The position numbers and the translations under genes are program-made. Below are positions 11,638 through 24,250 of a stretch of 64,000 bases of DNA, one piece after another. A model generated the notes under the pieces. It worked only from the letters and a program-made list of their open reading frames with translations, was not told where the DNA came from and did not search any database. The stretch covers positions 19,356,464-19,420,463 of the forward strand of contig NC_043011.1 of assembly GCF_006345805.1 (NCBI RefSeq), read 5' to 3'. Source of the stretch: Octopus sinensis. Taxonomy: Eukaryota. Numbering within the stretch: the stretch's first letter is position 1; each line of letters begins with the position of its first letter.

Positions 11638-13742
11638 TCAGTAGTTTTATTTTTATATCGTGCTTTCACTTCACTACCGAGCGCAGCTCTGTGTGCCTTA
11701 GGTATGTGCTGTGATTTGTTGTGATGCTCTGATGGTTATTGTATGGAAAGTGTTCTGCGTAGGATGTGTGCAGTGCCTAGTAGTGCAATTTTCTGCATGT
11801 TATATGTGTTTGTAAGTCCTGGTGTTTTTGTTATGTATTTGTCTGAATATTTTTTTATCATGCCTAATGCACCTACTATGATAGGAATTGTTTCTGTTTT
11901 CAGGTTCCACATTCTAGTTATCTCTATTTCCAGGTCTTTGTATTTTGAGAGTTTCTTCCATTTCTTTTAGAGACACGTTGTCATCTGCGGTATTGATACA
12001 TCAATTAGAAAGCATTTTTTTTCTTCATGATCTCTGACAACTATATCTGGTCTGTTGGTCTTAATTTCTCTATCTGTGGGTATCGGCATATCCCAGAGTA
12101 TGGTTGCTTTCTCGTTTTCTGTGACCTTTTCTGGTGTGTGCCTATACCATCTTTTTTCTGTTGTTATTCTATAATGTTGGCATAGCTTCCAGTGTATGTA
12201 GGTTCCAACTTTGTCATGTCTGTGAATATATTCCTTCTTAGCTAGGACTGGGCATCCAGAGAAAATATGATTTATTGTTTCTTGTCCATCTCCACATATT
12301 CTGCAGTTACTTGTTATATTTCTTTTCATTATATGTTTTTGGTAATTTCTGGTAGGGAGGCTTTGGTCTTGTGCTGCAATTAAAAATCCCTCTGTCTCTG
12401 CTTTGAGTCCTGAGCTTCTCAACCATTGCTGGGATTTTTCTTTGTCTATTTCTTTTGGTTTAGTTTAGTGCAGTATTTACCATGAAGGGGCTTTTCTTGC
12501 CATCGTTTTATCATGGTTCGTTGCTGTTCTGTTTTTAGTTTGGATTTCATTTGTTTTATAGCTTTTGTTGTTTCTTCATTTTCTTCTTCCTCTTCTTCTT
12601 CATATTTATTTGGTGGTATGATTTCTTGTTTGTATTTGTCAGCTTCCTTAAATACTGAGAACAGTTTTTTGTTTTGCTCGTGTTTTGCCGCTATTTGTAT
12701 CAGTTTTCCTTCCTTCTGAAGTAGATATCTTTGCAGTCCTATAGTGGTTATTTTATAGTAGTTTTCCAGCTGTATGAGGCCTCTACCACCTTCTATACGT
12801 TGTATATATAGTCTTTCTATGTCAGATTTTGGGTGATGCATCCTAGACCCTGTCATTATTTTTCTTGTTTTCCTATCTATTTTGGTCAGTTCATTTAGTG
12901 TCCAGTTAAGGATATTGTAGCTGTAACTTATAACTGGGACAGCTAAAGTGTTAATACCTATTTTTTTTTTAGCATTGAGCTCTGTTTTTAGTATTGATAT
13001 AACTCGTCTATAATATTCTTTATTTATTTTCTCTTTCAGTTGTGTGTTGTGTCTTATCTAGTTCATGGATTCCTAAGTATTTGTAAGTTTGGCTTTGGTC
13101 TAATTCTTTTATTTCATTGGTTTTATCTAGTGTGATGTTACTACTCTGAACTAGTTTTCCTCTTTTCATGGTTACTTTGGCGCATTTTTCTAATCCAAAT
13201 TTCATTTCTATTTCTTTGGTAAATCCATGAACTGTCTTTAATAGTGTTTCCAGCTGTTTGTCATTTGCAGCGTATAGTTTTAGGTCATCCATATATAAAA
13301 GGTGGCTGATCGTTTTGCCGTAACATTTATATCCGCATCCAGTTCTATTTAGCATATCAGATAGAGGTGACAGTGCCAAGCAGAAAAGGAGTGGAGAGAG
13401 AGTGTCTCCCTGGAATATTCCTCTTCTAATGGGGATGGCTTTGGTTTTCATGTGTCCTTCTTTTGTTTGGAGCTGTAGCACGGTTTGCCATTTATTCATA
13501 GAGTGCCCTATGAATTTTATAAGGGTTGGTGCTACTTTGATAACGGCTAGTGTTTCGAGGATCCATGTGTGGGGGATGCTATCAAACGCCTTTTTGTAAT
13601 CGATCCAGGCCATACTGAGGCCTTTCTTCTTTCTGTGGCTGTCTTCAGTTATGGCTTTATTAATCATTAGTTGATCTTTACAGCCATATGAGCCTTTGCG
13701 GCATCCTTTCTGCTCTTCTGGAAACATGTTGTTTTCGTCCAT
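11638..13742 (-). mobile_element. 5'-truncated R4/Dong-clade LINE: RT, CCHC and restriction-like endonuclease; frameshifted
   Basis: EEQKGC, WIDYKKAFDS, GIFQGDTLSPLLF, LLYMDDLKLY; CRICGDGQETINHIFSGC; RPDIVV...IDVSIP (PD-D/ExK); ORF ends TAHILRRTLSIQ* at 11736; both ends lie in (TAA)n. Confidence 0.92.
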
Positions 13743-13829
13743 TATTATTATTATTATTATTATTTTATTATTATTATTATTATTATTATTTTTTTTTTTA
13801 TCATTATTATTATTATGGGCTATGTTGTT

Positions 13830-14300
13830 ATTAGGCCTAGTTATACCCACTAATATTCTAACTCGATCAGTAAAAGTTCAATATGAAATCAAACACACCA
13901 CGTGTAGTAAAGAGAGGCTTATATTTATTATTTAGGCAAATAACTTTCTAGAATGTGCTGTAATAACATTTCAAAGTAGATTAAACCAGATGACGTCATA
14001 ATTACGTAAGTTTAGCCGTCTTTTCCTTTTGTCGTATTTATATTTCCGTGCTTCAATAGCACCATCGAGTGCATCGGAATTACTATGCTTCCTCAGTATT
14101 CTCGGTTGTGTTTTTATCTTCTTATTACCGTACATTTCAGTAACGTTATTGTTGGCAAATTTATCAGTACAATCTTTATTATTGCTAATATTTACCACAG
14201 AACTGTTACTGGCAATATTAATAGTTGCACAATTACTCACCGTTTTACTTTCATCGATAACTTCCTTATCTATGTATTATTATAAAGAATCTGATAGTGA
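13830..14300 (-). mobile_element. Possible Penelope-like RT-endonuclease linker fragment
   Basis: Asn-rich peptide ending RNYDVIWFNL, resembling the PLE linker motif RxIIWFNxPF; no catalytic motif seen. Confidence 0.35.
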
Positions 14301-14330
14301 TTAGTAATACTACTATTTACACAAGAATCT

Positions 14331-14632
14331 GTGAAGGCACAATGACCTAGTGGTTAGAGAAGCGGACTCGCGGTCGAGGGATCGAGGGTTCGAATCTCAG
14401 ACCGGGTGATGTGTGTGTTTATGAGCGAAAACACCTAAGCTCCATGCGGATCTGGCAGAAGGTAATGGCAAACTTCTGCTGACTCTTACACAACTTTCTC
14501 TCAGTCTTTCCTCCTGCATCTTGCAGCTCACCTGCGACGGACCGGCGTCCCGTCCAGGTGGAGGACCTATACGCCAAGAAATCGGGAAACCGGCCCTTAT
14601 GAGCCAGGCAAGGCTCGAGAAGGAACAAGCAA
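14331..14632 (+). mobile_element. tRNA-derived SINE, family A, tail type 2
   Basis: Head ggcacaatgacctagtggttag...gttcgaatctcagaccggg; tail shared with 62040-62349. Confidence 0.9.
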
Positions 14633-15308
14633 AACTACAATCTACTATGTACGAGATGATATTACGAGAAGCTGGATCATAACGTTTATGATATTTACGA
14701 TTTTCATTGTTTAGTACTTCGTAGATTTTACAGTTGTTTTTACTATTGCACTTAATTGTATATCTGTGGGAATTTATATTTCGTTATATTTTGTTCGTAC
14801 TACCCTACATTGCAAGATGTCTCATTTTAGTAGTCGCGAAGAATTAGCTAATAGTTTAATTACATCCTGCTTTTATTAAGGCTTCGTAGCATAGGCGTCA
14901 ATGATATTCCCATTATCAGAGAGGTGTTATATTCTGTTTTGGAACGTCATTTACTAATGAGTTTATGACATTCGCGTGGTGGTTTCAAAGGCGGCTTACA
15001 TAAGGCGTATTTTCGGCTGGTTTATGATAGGGGTAAAATAGCCCATATTTGAGATACAGAGCAGCATCAAATAAGTTTGCGACCTTAAAATTGTAATCCG
15101 AAGTAATATCAAGATTATAGTCTTTCTAGCATTGACTTAGTTCCTTCCTACGTCTCTCAATAAATACCTTTCTTTTACTATGAATAGTTAAAAAAAGGGG
15201 GTCGTGCTTATGTAGACCTCCAACCAAGTTAAGAAGAGATAGATGCAAGCTATATAACGAATAGATACCAACGAGATCACTGCCGCGGGCAGAATGACTA
15301 GGTCATTA

Positions 15309-15721
15309 AGGCGGTGACCTGGCAGAAACGTTAGCACGCCGGGCGAGATGTTTAGTATTTCGTCTGCCGCTACGTTCTGAGTTCAAATTCCGCCAAGGTT
15401 GACTTTGCCTTTCACCCTTTCGGGGTCGATAAAATAAGTATCAGTTACACACTGGAGTCGATATAATCGATTTAATCCATTTGTCTGCCCTTGTTTGTCC
15501 CCTCTGTGCTTAGCCCCTTGTGGGTAGTAAAGAAATAGGTATTTCGTCTGCCGCTACATTCTGAGTTCTGATTCCGCCGAGATTGACTTTGCCTTCCATC
15601 ATTTCCCGGTCGATAAAATAAGTACCAGTTACGCACTGGGGTCGATATAATCGACTTAATCCGTTTGTCTGTTCTTGTGTGTCCCCTCTATGTGTAGCCC
15701 CTTGTAGGCATTAATGAAATA
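15309..15721 (+). mobile_element. SINE family C head-to-tail dimer with 14-bp target-site duplication
   Basis: Full unit followed by a 5'-truncated unit starting ggtatttcgtctgcc; agaatgactaggtc at 15291-15304 and 15722-15735. Central ctttcatcctttcggggtcgataaa..agtaccag resembles the MetaSINE domain (from recall). Confidence 0.88.
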
Positions 15722-16151
15722 AGAATGACTAGGTCTCATTATGATATCGAAATTGTTCGGCCTACCGTCCATTTCTAGTTCATAATTTTCCCACAAAATC
15801 TACAACTGTAGAACTAGTATACTCTGTAACTTAGTTAAACATACTCTTCCCATTGAAATATTATTTAAATCTGTAAATAGTATTCGATTGATATGTTACG
15901 TTAATTCATCAGCTTTCTCGTTACACATATTCATTATATTTGTTTGCAACCTGTGTACAGTCAAAATAGTGAAATATGTTACATCTGTTGCATAACTTCC
16001 TAACTGTCTATTATTCGTCTACCCTTACTTATATACTTCCCTGCATAGTTTTCTTACCTATCTTTTTTATTTTATATTATTTGGTTTATATTTATATTTT
16101 ATAGATGTATATAAATGTAGGCTATGTGTGTGCATATATATATATATATAT

Positions 16152-16203
<52 letters not shown>

Positions 16204-16207
<4 letters not shown>

Positions 16208-16432
16208 GCGAGCTGGCAGAATCGTTACCATGCCGGGCGAAATGCTTAGCAGTATTTCGTCTGCCGCTACGTTCTGAGTTCAAATTCCACCGAGGTCGAC
16301 TTTGCCATTCATCCTTTCGGGGTCGATTAAATAAGCACCAGTTACGCACTAGGGTCGATATAATCGACTTAATCCGTTTGCCTGTCCTTGTTTGTCCTCT
16401 GTGTTTAACCCTATGTGGGTAGTAAAGAAATA
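16204..16432 (+). mobile_element. SINE family C, full length
   Basis: ggcggcgagctggcagaatcgtt...gtagtaaagaaata, matches 15309 and 56734. Confidence 0.9.
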
Positions 16433-16491
<59 letters not shown>

Positions 16492-17479
16492 CTGTGAGTG
16501 TGTGTGTGTGTGTACGTTTCTGTGTGCATGTATATATACATATGTATACGTGTATATGACTGCGAGTCTATAGGTCTGCCTGTTCTTGCCGGAAAGTTCG
16601 ATGTCAGTTTGATGACTTCCTGCTGGCATGAGCATGCATTTCCTTTATCTCACATACGTGACAAGATATATTCTTAATTTTAATGATCTTAAATATCTTG
16701 GCTGCAGCATGTATATGTTTGTTGCACGTTCTCATAACCAGTTTTGGGTATATATTAATTACGATAACTCTTTTGATCTCTATTATATTTGAGTGTGCAT
16801 TATAGCCATTCTTTAAATTTCTCTATGAATTCGAATCCTATTTTTTAGATTACCAGTTATTCAATTCGTTGGTAGGATTTATCATAATTCATGTAACATC
16901 TCATCTGTTTACAATTATTCAAAATTTCACCTGCAGATGAATACATCAATAAAATTCTACAGAAACCTGTAACACAATTTCTATCCTTTTTGTTAACTAC
17001 ACCACATCTAGAACAATCACTGAATTGGAGCCAATGTTAAAGTGAAATCACTGAAACGGACCCGGAGGTTTAAATTACAATCATATCTACAATAAACTAC
17101 CAACACATAACTTCCTAGTCGTTTTACCGCACACCGAATCCTATATTATTGTACCTAGCCATTTATGACCTCCTATACGTTGATCGGCCTTGATTCTGAT
17201 CCTTCATACTATTACGAATGATATGTGCTTTTATATATACACATATAATTAACTAAATATTGATACACACACACACACACACATACATTTATAATGCTTT
17301 CTACTATACGCTCATGACCTTGAATTTAGGGTAGGGAGCTCGTCGTTTACAATGACACTAATGCATAGCTGGTACATAGAGTTATGAAAGGTTGACTCAA
17401 GTGTGGCAGCATTTAAACTCATAATATATAAGCTGGGGGAATGCTGCTCATATGTGTGAGTCAGTATGTGTGCGTGCGA

Positions 17480-17544
<65 letters not shown>

Positions 17545-19112
17545 TGTGTGGGGGTATATATATATATATATATGCATATATATATATATTTGTATGTACA
17601 TACAATATTAATAGAACTGTATATATAATGTCATTCATTCATTAACCATTTTCAATGAAATTTGAGCCATCATAATTAATACTTAATAATTAATTCTTTT
17701 GAAGCAAGAATTTTACTAAATTGAAAGCTTACTACAAAATCGGATTCTTATTTCACTGCACATAACTCGATAATTGTTGAGCCCCCTGCCTTAAATATGA
17801 TGTTTAGACAGAATATATTGCAAAATTATCGCCAGTTTCTGTGCCATGAAATTGTACATAGTACAGACTTGTAAGAGATGCTTTCTTACTCCTCCTACAA
17901 TACTATTTTACTATGGTCATAATTAAGATATGAACAATTATTCTGCACTATCTTCTGTTACATAGGGCAGTGCATTATAATTTAATTTGTTATTTTGTGT
18001 TTTTGTCGCTTTTTCGTTATTTTTTCTTTTTATATAACTATTTTTGTCGTGACCTTATCTGTTTGAATATATTGTGTTCTATCCATGCACACTTTAATAC
18101 ATATTCCGTACTATGTATGCTAATGGTAATGGTAATGTATCTTTAAATAAATTTTCTCCAACAAGCTAGTGTGTGTAGATGTCATGTTTAATAATGACGA
18201 ACAAGAACACCTTGCATTAACTTCAGTAATAAAGAAGTTAAAGAAATTCAAATGTAAAAAATATTGGGAAATTACAGCTGATTGAATTTTGTCGAAATCT
18301 TTATAACTTATATTTTTTAGTCACTTTGAAAATGCCAAATGTTTTGCTTTTAATTTGTGTATGAATTTTTCAGTGAAAAGCCTTTAGCTGTCAAAAAAGT
18401 TTTATTTAATATATCTGAGTGTAAGTCTCCCAGAGAATAAAAAGCAAGAAAGATTTACGTTTATATTTATGAAATAAACACATTTTAACAATAAAGCTAT
18501 ACTGAATATTATATTAAAATATCAGATATGTATTGGAAATGCATCCAGAAAATATGCTATGACTGCAGAAACTGATTTTCATAATAGAAATAAAAACATT
18601 GATATTTATGGTATGATGCCAGTTGATATATATTACCTGAAATTTTGCAATGTACATTGGAAATATAAAACAATTGCTTTCGTAAAAATACACTGAAAAC
18701 TAAATGTCACAATTGAAAAAAAATATACGGGAGAATGTACGATTATTTTTTATAATAATCCAAATCCACAGAAGTTTTATATCCTTTCGGTATTAATGTT
18801 TCTGTTGGATGAAGATTCAGAATGCTTAAGAACTATCGTGGAAAATGTCGCAATAAAACAGAAAACAGCCCATGAAAAACATTTTGTGCAAACTGGAAAA
18901 TAACCCATGAAGTTTTGTGGAAAAGGATTAAGAAAATGCCCAGTTTGATAATGCCATTGATTGTATGCTTTTTAACTCGAAAAAATATGAGAAACATATT
19001 CAATCAATTCCTATGTACGCTGAAATATACTTGTTTATATCTGTGTGCGTACTATTTTTTTGTGTATTCGCGTTTGGAAATAATAGAGTCGTTTGGTCGC
19101 TTTGCCTTTGAC

Positions 19113-19157
<45 letters not shown>

Positions 19158-19420
19158 TATATATGTATATGCGTATATTCGCTTACCTGTACTCTCTTGC
19201 ACACACGTACGTATATATATCGTGTATCTGATTGTGTGTGTGTATATATATATATATGCCTACACACACATTTATATGTATACACACACCATACATAGAT
19301 ATGTATGTGTACATGAATATGCAATAGAAATCTGCATTCATTCATACCTATATCAATTTATCTATATATATATATATAGATAGATATGAATGCATATCTA
19401 TATATGTTTGTGTGTATATT

Positions 19421-19471
<51 letters not shown>

Positions 19472-19484
19472 ATATACTTGCGAA

Positions 19485-19690
19485 ACAGAGATATACTTAC
19501 ATAGCAAATGACCTGTTCTGAGAACGTGTGCTGAAATAGAAACAATTACAGCGTGGAATGTGATTATAACCCATTTAAAAATAAACAAAAACCCAATAGG
19601 TTCACTTCAAAATTTAAATTGAACTTGTCAAAATAATTTCGTCGCTTCGAAACCACAACCTGTTCACTGACAACATTCCGTGCTTCTTTT
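19485..19690 (+). mobile_element. MITE-like element (tacggagatgtact family), partial
   Basis: Head cagagatatacttacatagcaaatgacc...; interior is the reverse complement of 50960-51110. Confidence 0.55.
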
Positions 19691-19766
19691 TCAGATATAT
19701 GATCCATTTACGGTATGTGTACGTAATGTGTGTGCATGTGTGCGCATGCATACAAATATATATATA

Positions 19767-19816
<50 letters not shown>

Positions 19817-19872
19817 ATGTGTATATGTATATATATACGTATATATATATGTATACATATATATATATATGT

Positions 19873-19914
<42 letters not shown>

Positions 19915-20742
19915 ATTATATATATGTGTGTTCAAAACGGTCATGTGATAGGTAAAAAAACCCAAACAACTCTATTATTTCAAAACGCGTATATATATAA
20001 AATAATACGCACAAATATTTAAACATTTTAAATACGTATGTTTGCATTTAAGATCAGCTTACATAGTAATTGATAGAATATGTTTGTATATATGTATATA
20101 TCGAGACAGTGTATAATATATCTAAAAATGGTAGCACACTCTAAATCCTAGCATAGTAATGTATTTATATGTCGTTAAGTCAATATCCGGTCATAGTGAG
20201 ACCAATGATTTCGCACCAATAAAGGGCCTAATGTTCTGAAGGAGTGTAGACGTCAACATGCATTTTCTGCTGCCTATCTCTAGAGACTCTCGCTGGATTA
20301 ATTGTTCATGCATTGCCATTTGTCAGTATGATGTTCCACATTTTGAAAATTGAAATATGCTATTAATATTGAATTGCCACCCGATCTTTCAAACCCAAAT
20401 ACCCGAATACTGTTCTTATGGAGTGGGCTCCAAAATTTGTATTTATACATTTTTTTACGTAAATGACAGAGATATAATCTGATACTTAAAGCGATTAAAT
20501 GTTATTACAATATGTCAGCATAAATTATATATTCTGACTTAAAACTGACAGATGATCTGTATAAAATTCCAGGCACATGAACAATATATGATGAAACGTT
20601 ATCTGTGTTAAAATACCATAAACGAATATATAAACGAATATATAAAAATACATGTGATGTAAAGTTCTGAAACATATTTCTGCATTATACAGATTCAGTA
20701 TCAAAATATTATCATGCAAATTGAAATACAAATTGCAGTAGG

Positions 20743-21151
20743 CTCTTTTACTCTTTTACTCTTTTACTTGTTTCAGTCATTTGATTGTGGCCATGCTGGA
20801 GCACCGCCTTTAGTCGAGCAAATGGCCCCCAGGACTTATTCTTTGTAAACCTAGTACTTATTACATCGGTCATTTTTTGCTGAACCGCTAAGTTACGGAG
20901 ATGTAAACACATCAGCATCGGTTGTCAATCGATGTTGGGGGGACAAACGCAGACACACAAACGCATACATACACATACATATATATATACGACGGGCTTC
21001 TTTCAGATTCCGTCTACCAAATCCACTCACAAGGCTTTGGTCGGCCCGAGGCTATAGTAGAAGACACTTGCCCAAGCTGCCACGTAGTGGGACTGAACCC
21101 GGAACCATGTGGTTGGTTAGCAGGCTACTTACCACACGGCCACCCCTCACC
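20743..21151 (-). mobile_element. SINE family B, full length
   Basis: Reverse complement of the 40652 copy, including head, internal (TA/CA)n and (aagagta)n tail. Confidence 0.9.
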
Positions 21152-22627
21152 AGGCTGTATACCTGAAAAGAAAAAGTTTACACATGTGTATCTAACGACA
21201 CCAGAAGATATACGCTGGACAATATTACTAAATTTGAAAGGACTCAGTCCTTTTTATTATATATTTTATTGTTACTACTAAATGCTGTTATCAGTCTTAC
21301 AGCTGGGGCTTCTTGCACACTCGTTGGTTCATTTCAATTCTACCAAATCAAAGATTGTACCAAATTACTTAAATTCATTGTACATAATCTTGCTGTTGGT
21401 TAGCTTTGTATTATATTTTAAGTTGAGGAATGCTGTCACGTGTTCAGCAACTACGTTGACTTACGTTATTGCAGACTCAAACAATATTGTAAGAGATATA
21501 CCATGAGATGTCAATGGATTTTACTAACAAGATATAGTGGAAATAATTTAGGTGTTACAAATGCAAGCATTATGGACACGACGATAACTTTTGATAGAAA
21601 TCTCAACTCTGACCTATATCTTATGCTGAAGCACACACGAGGTATTTTCTAACTTTTCAGAAATTATTCGGGCGATAAATCATATTAAGCAAGTTCTATT
21701 GAGTAAAGGGTGAAATGCTTCTGCCCTCGGATTAAATTTGTTATAATTAACAGATATTTCACAGATATCTCACTTTAAATATTAGAAATAGACTCTCTCT
21801 ATAAAGAAGAATACAATTGATAATTAACTTCTATAAATATTTTTTCTGTAGGAAAGAAGAAGTATGTTACACGGAAAAGGCTTCTTATGAGAGTAGTGAT
21901 CAAGCAGGAATGAAATGATTTCAGAAACGAAAGCAACAAATGTAACACTAAAAGCTGTAATATGGTAGCAAGAGTCCTCATCGAAATTTAATGATAAAAA
22001 TATTATCTATTATAACTCTAAAATGAGCCAATGCATCACTAATTCTCACTATATGTTCCACTAATAACAGCATGGCTTCCTCTGAAGTTAATCCAAGTTA
22101 AAAGTCAGTGTATCTTCCTTTTCTTCTTTGAAATAGGCATTAGCTGTTATATTATATAGTTTGATCATTATTCCAAATACACAACGCTATTTCTGCTTGC
22201 AATAGCGTTAAACTAATATTGGGCTACTGAATTTTGTAAATTAAATGAAAATGGCCTTTGCTAAGAAAGTGGAAAAAGACCAATTTCATTATCTTCATAC
22301 AGTTTTTTTGTGTGTGAGAAAGCAAAATTCTATGCCACATTTATTTTCAAGTAATTCTTTCTGTATTTACTTAGTTGGTTTTCACAGAGCTCAATATCAG
22401 TCTTTACACATACACTTTATTTCAAGTCTGCTCCAATTGCGTGCCCAAATTCTTTTTCTCATTTCGCAATATCTATAATTCTTTGTATAGTTTGCTCCCA
22501 CGCTTGGTGTTTCATAGTCTATATTGTGATATCTTCTATATATGTTCACATCTCTAAGGAATCCACTCTAATTCACAGGGTTGCTAATGTCTATTATTTA
22601 GTTTAACATACATACATATATATATTA

Positions 22628-22668
<41 letters not shown>

Positions 22669-22678
22669 ATATATAATA

Positions 22679-22839
22679 GGCGCAGGAGTGGCTGTGTGTT
22701 ATTATTTTTGCTAACCAACCACATGGTTCCGGGTTCAGTCCCACTGCATGGCATCTTGGGCAAGTGTCTTCTGCTATAGCCCCGGGCCGACCAATGCCTT
22801 GTGAGTGGATTTGTTTACGGAAACTGAAGAAGCCTGTCG

Positions 22840-22880
<41 letters not shown>

Positions 22881-23093
22881 TTGTGGGTCTGTGTTTGTCC
22901 CCCTAGCATTGCTTGACAACCGATGCTGGTGTGTGTTTACGTCCCCGTCACTTAGCGGTTCGGCAAAACAGACCGATAGAATAAGTACTGGGCTTACAAA
23001 GAATAAGTCCCAGGGTCGATTTGCTCGACTAAAGGCGGTGCTCCAGCATGGCCGCAGTCAAATAACTGAAACAACTAAAAGAGAAAGAGAGAG
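22679..23093 (+). mobile_element. SINE family B, full length
   Basis: ggcgcaggagtggctgtgtg head through aaagagaaagag tail. Confidence 0.9.
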
Positions 23094-23124
23094 TATATAT
23101 ATTAATTAAAAAATAAAAACATGA

Positions 23125-23420
23125 TGCCAAGGATTCAGTGGGTTTCAACATAGCTGGAATCCTGTTCTATTATTTAAATAAGGTGCAGCTGTTCCGATGA
23201 TGGACCACCTGAGGTTGAAAACTATGCTATTGTCTTTTAATTCCCAAATTTCTTTAGTTAGGGAGGTGCTGCTAGCCTTCTGTCTATACCTGAATGAATA
23301 CCGGTGGTTGTAGTATCTGGATTTCCAGGAGGGTTTCAACATAGCTGTTTTTATTTTGATTAATATACTCTACCACCTACACCACCAAAAGGTATATACA
23401 GGTGCTTACAATTATCAAGT
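23125..23420 (-). mobile_element. Penelope-like GIY-YIG endonuclease fragment
   Basis: SWKSRYYNHRYSFR...STSLTKEIWELKD...WSII...APY...QLC matches the C-terminal half of PLE GIY-YIG domains. Confidence 0.75.
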
Positions 23421-23438
23421 ATTCACCCTGAATTTTTG

Positions 23439-23469
<31 letters not shown>

Positions 23470-23474
<5 letters not shown>

Positions 23475-23650
23475 GGAAAGTTTACGAAAATAAACAAAAG
23501 ACGAAGGCAGGTGGTGTATAAACAAACAGATGTATGAGTATAGCGCTCAGGAATAGAAAACGTCTTTTACGTTTCGAGCCTACGCTCTTCTACAGAAAGG
23601 TACACAGAAAATACAAGGAGAGAAACAAGGAGAGTAAAAAAGGAGAGAAA
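23470..23650 (-). mobile_element. Penelope-like pLTR with hammerhead-like motif (23564-23599)
   Basis: Minus strand cttt CTGTAGA A GAGC gtag GCTC GAAAC GTA aaag: stems I and II pair, ACGT palindrome in stem III, core has T in place of A6. Confidence 0.7.
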
Positions 23651-23739
23651 AAAGGAGAGAAGAAAATGTGTGTAGTGGCTAATAGATAGATAAATAGATA
23701 GATAGATTGATATGCACACACAAACACACACAAAAGCAT

Positions 23740-23776
<37 letters not shown>

Positions 23777-24049
23777 AATATGTATATATATAGAAATAAA
23801 AGTTTGTGCGTGTTTGCCTGTGTCGGTGGGAGGTCTGTTAAAACACAATAAATAATGACGGATCACTCACTGCCATGAAATTGACGTCAATATGTGTTGA
23901 TCTTATTTCCGCAATATGGTTGACGTCACTATATATATATCTTCTTTGCGGTTAAATGCCGTACACTGTTGCATATCAGGATTGTATAACAGACAGTAGC
24001 CAATTGCAGTGTGTTTGATATAGGTCTATACACCTAACCATATTGGTAA

Positions 24050-24086
24050 TATAGATAAATAGACAGATATATATATATATATATAT

Positions 24087-24121
<35 letters not shown>

Positions 24122-24122
24122 T

Positions 24123-24160
<38 letters not shown>

Positions 24161-24250
24161 GGATGAATGGATTGATAGATAGATAGATGGATAGATAGAT
24201 AGATAGATAGAATGATAGATAGAATGATAGATAGAGAGAGAGACAGACAG
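24050..24250. repeat. (GATA)n microsatellite
   Basis: Direct reading. Confidence 0.9.

Noticed and set aside
14331-14410. tRNA-like sequences at SINE heads
   Set aside because: They continue into SINE bodies and lack a full cloverleaf; not tRNA genes.
21280-22560. Stop-poor, protein-like stretches suggesting a membrane-protein pseudogene
   Set aside because: No recognisable motif on either strand; AT-rich DNA readily yields hydrophobic frames.
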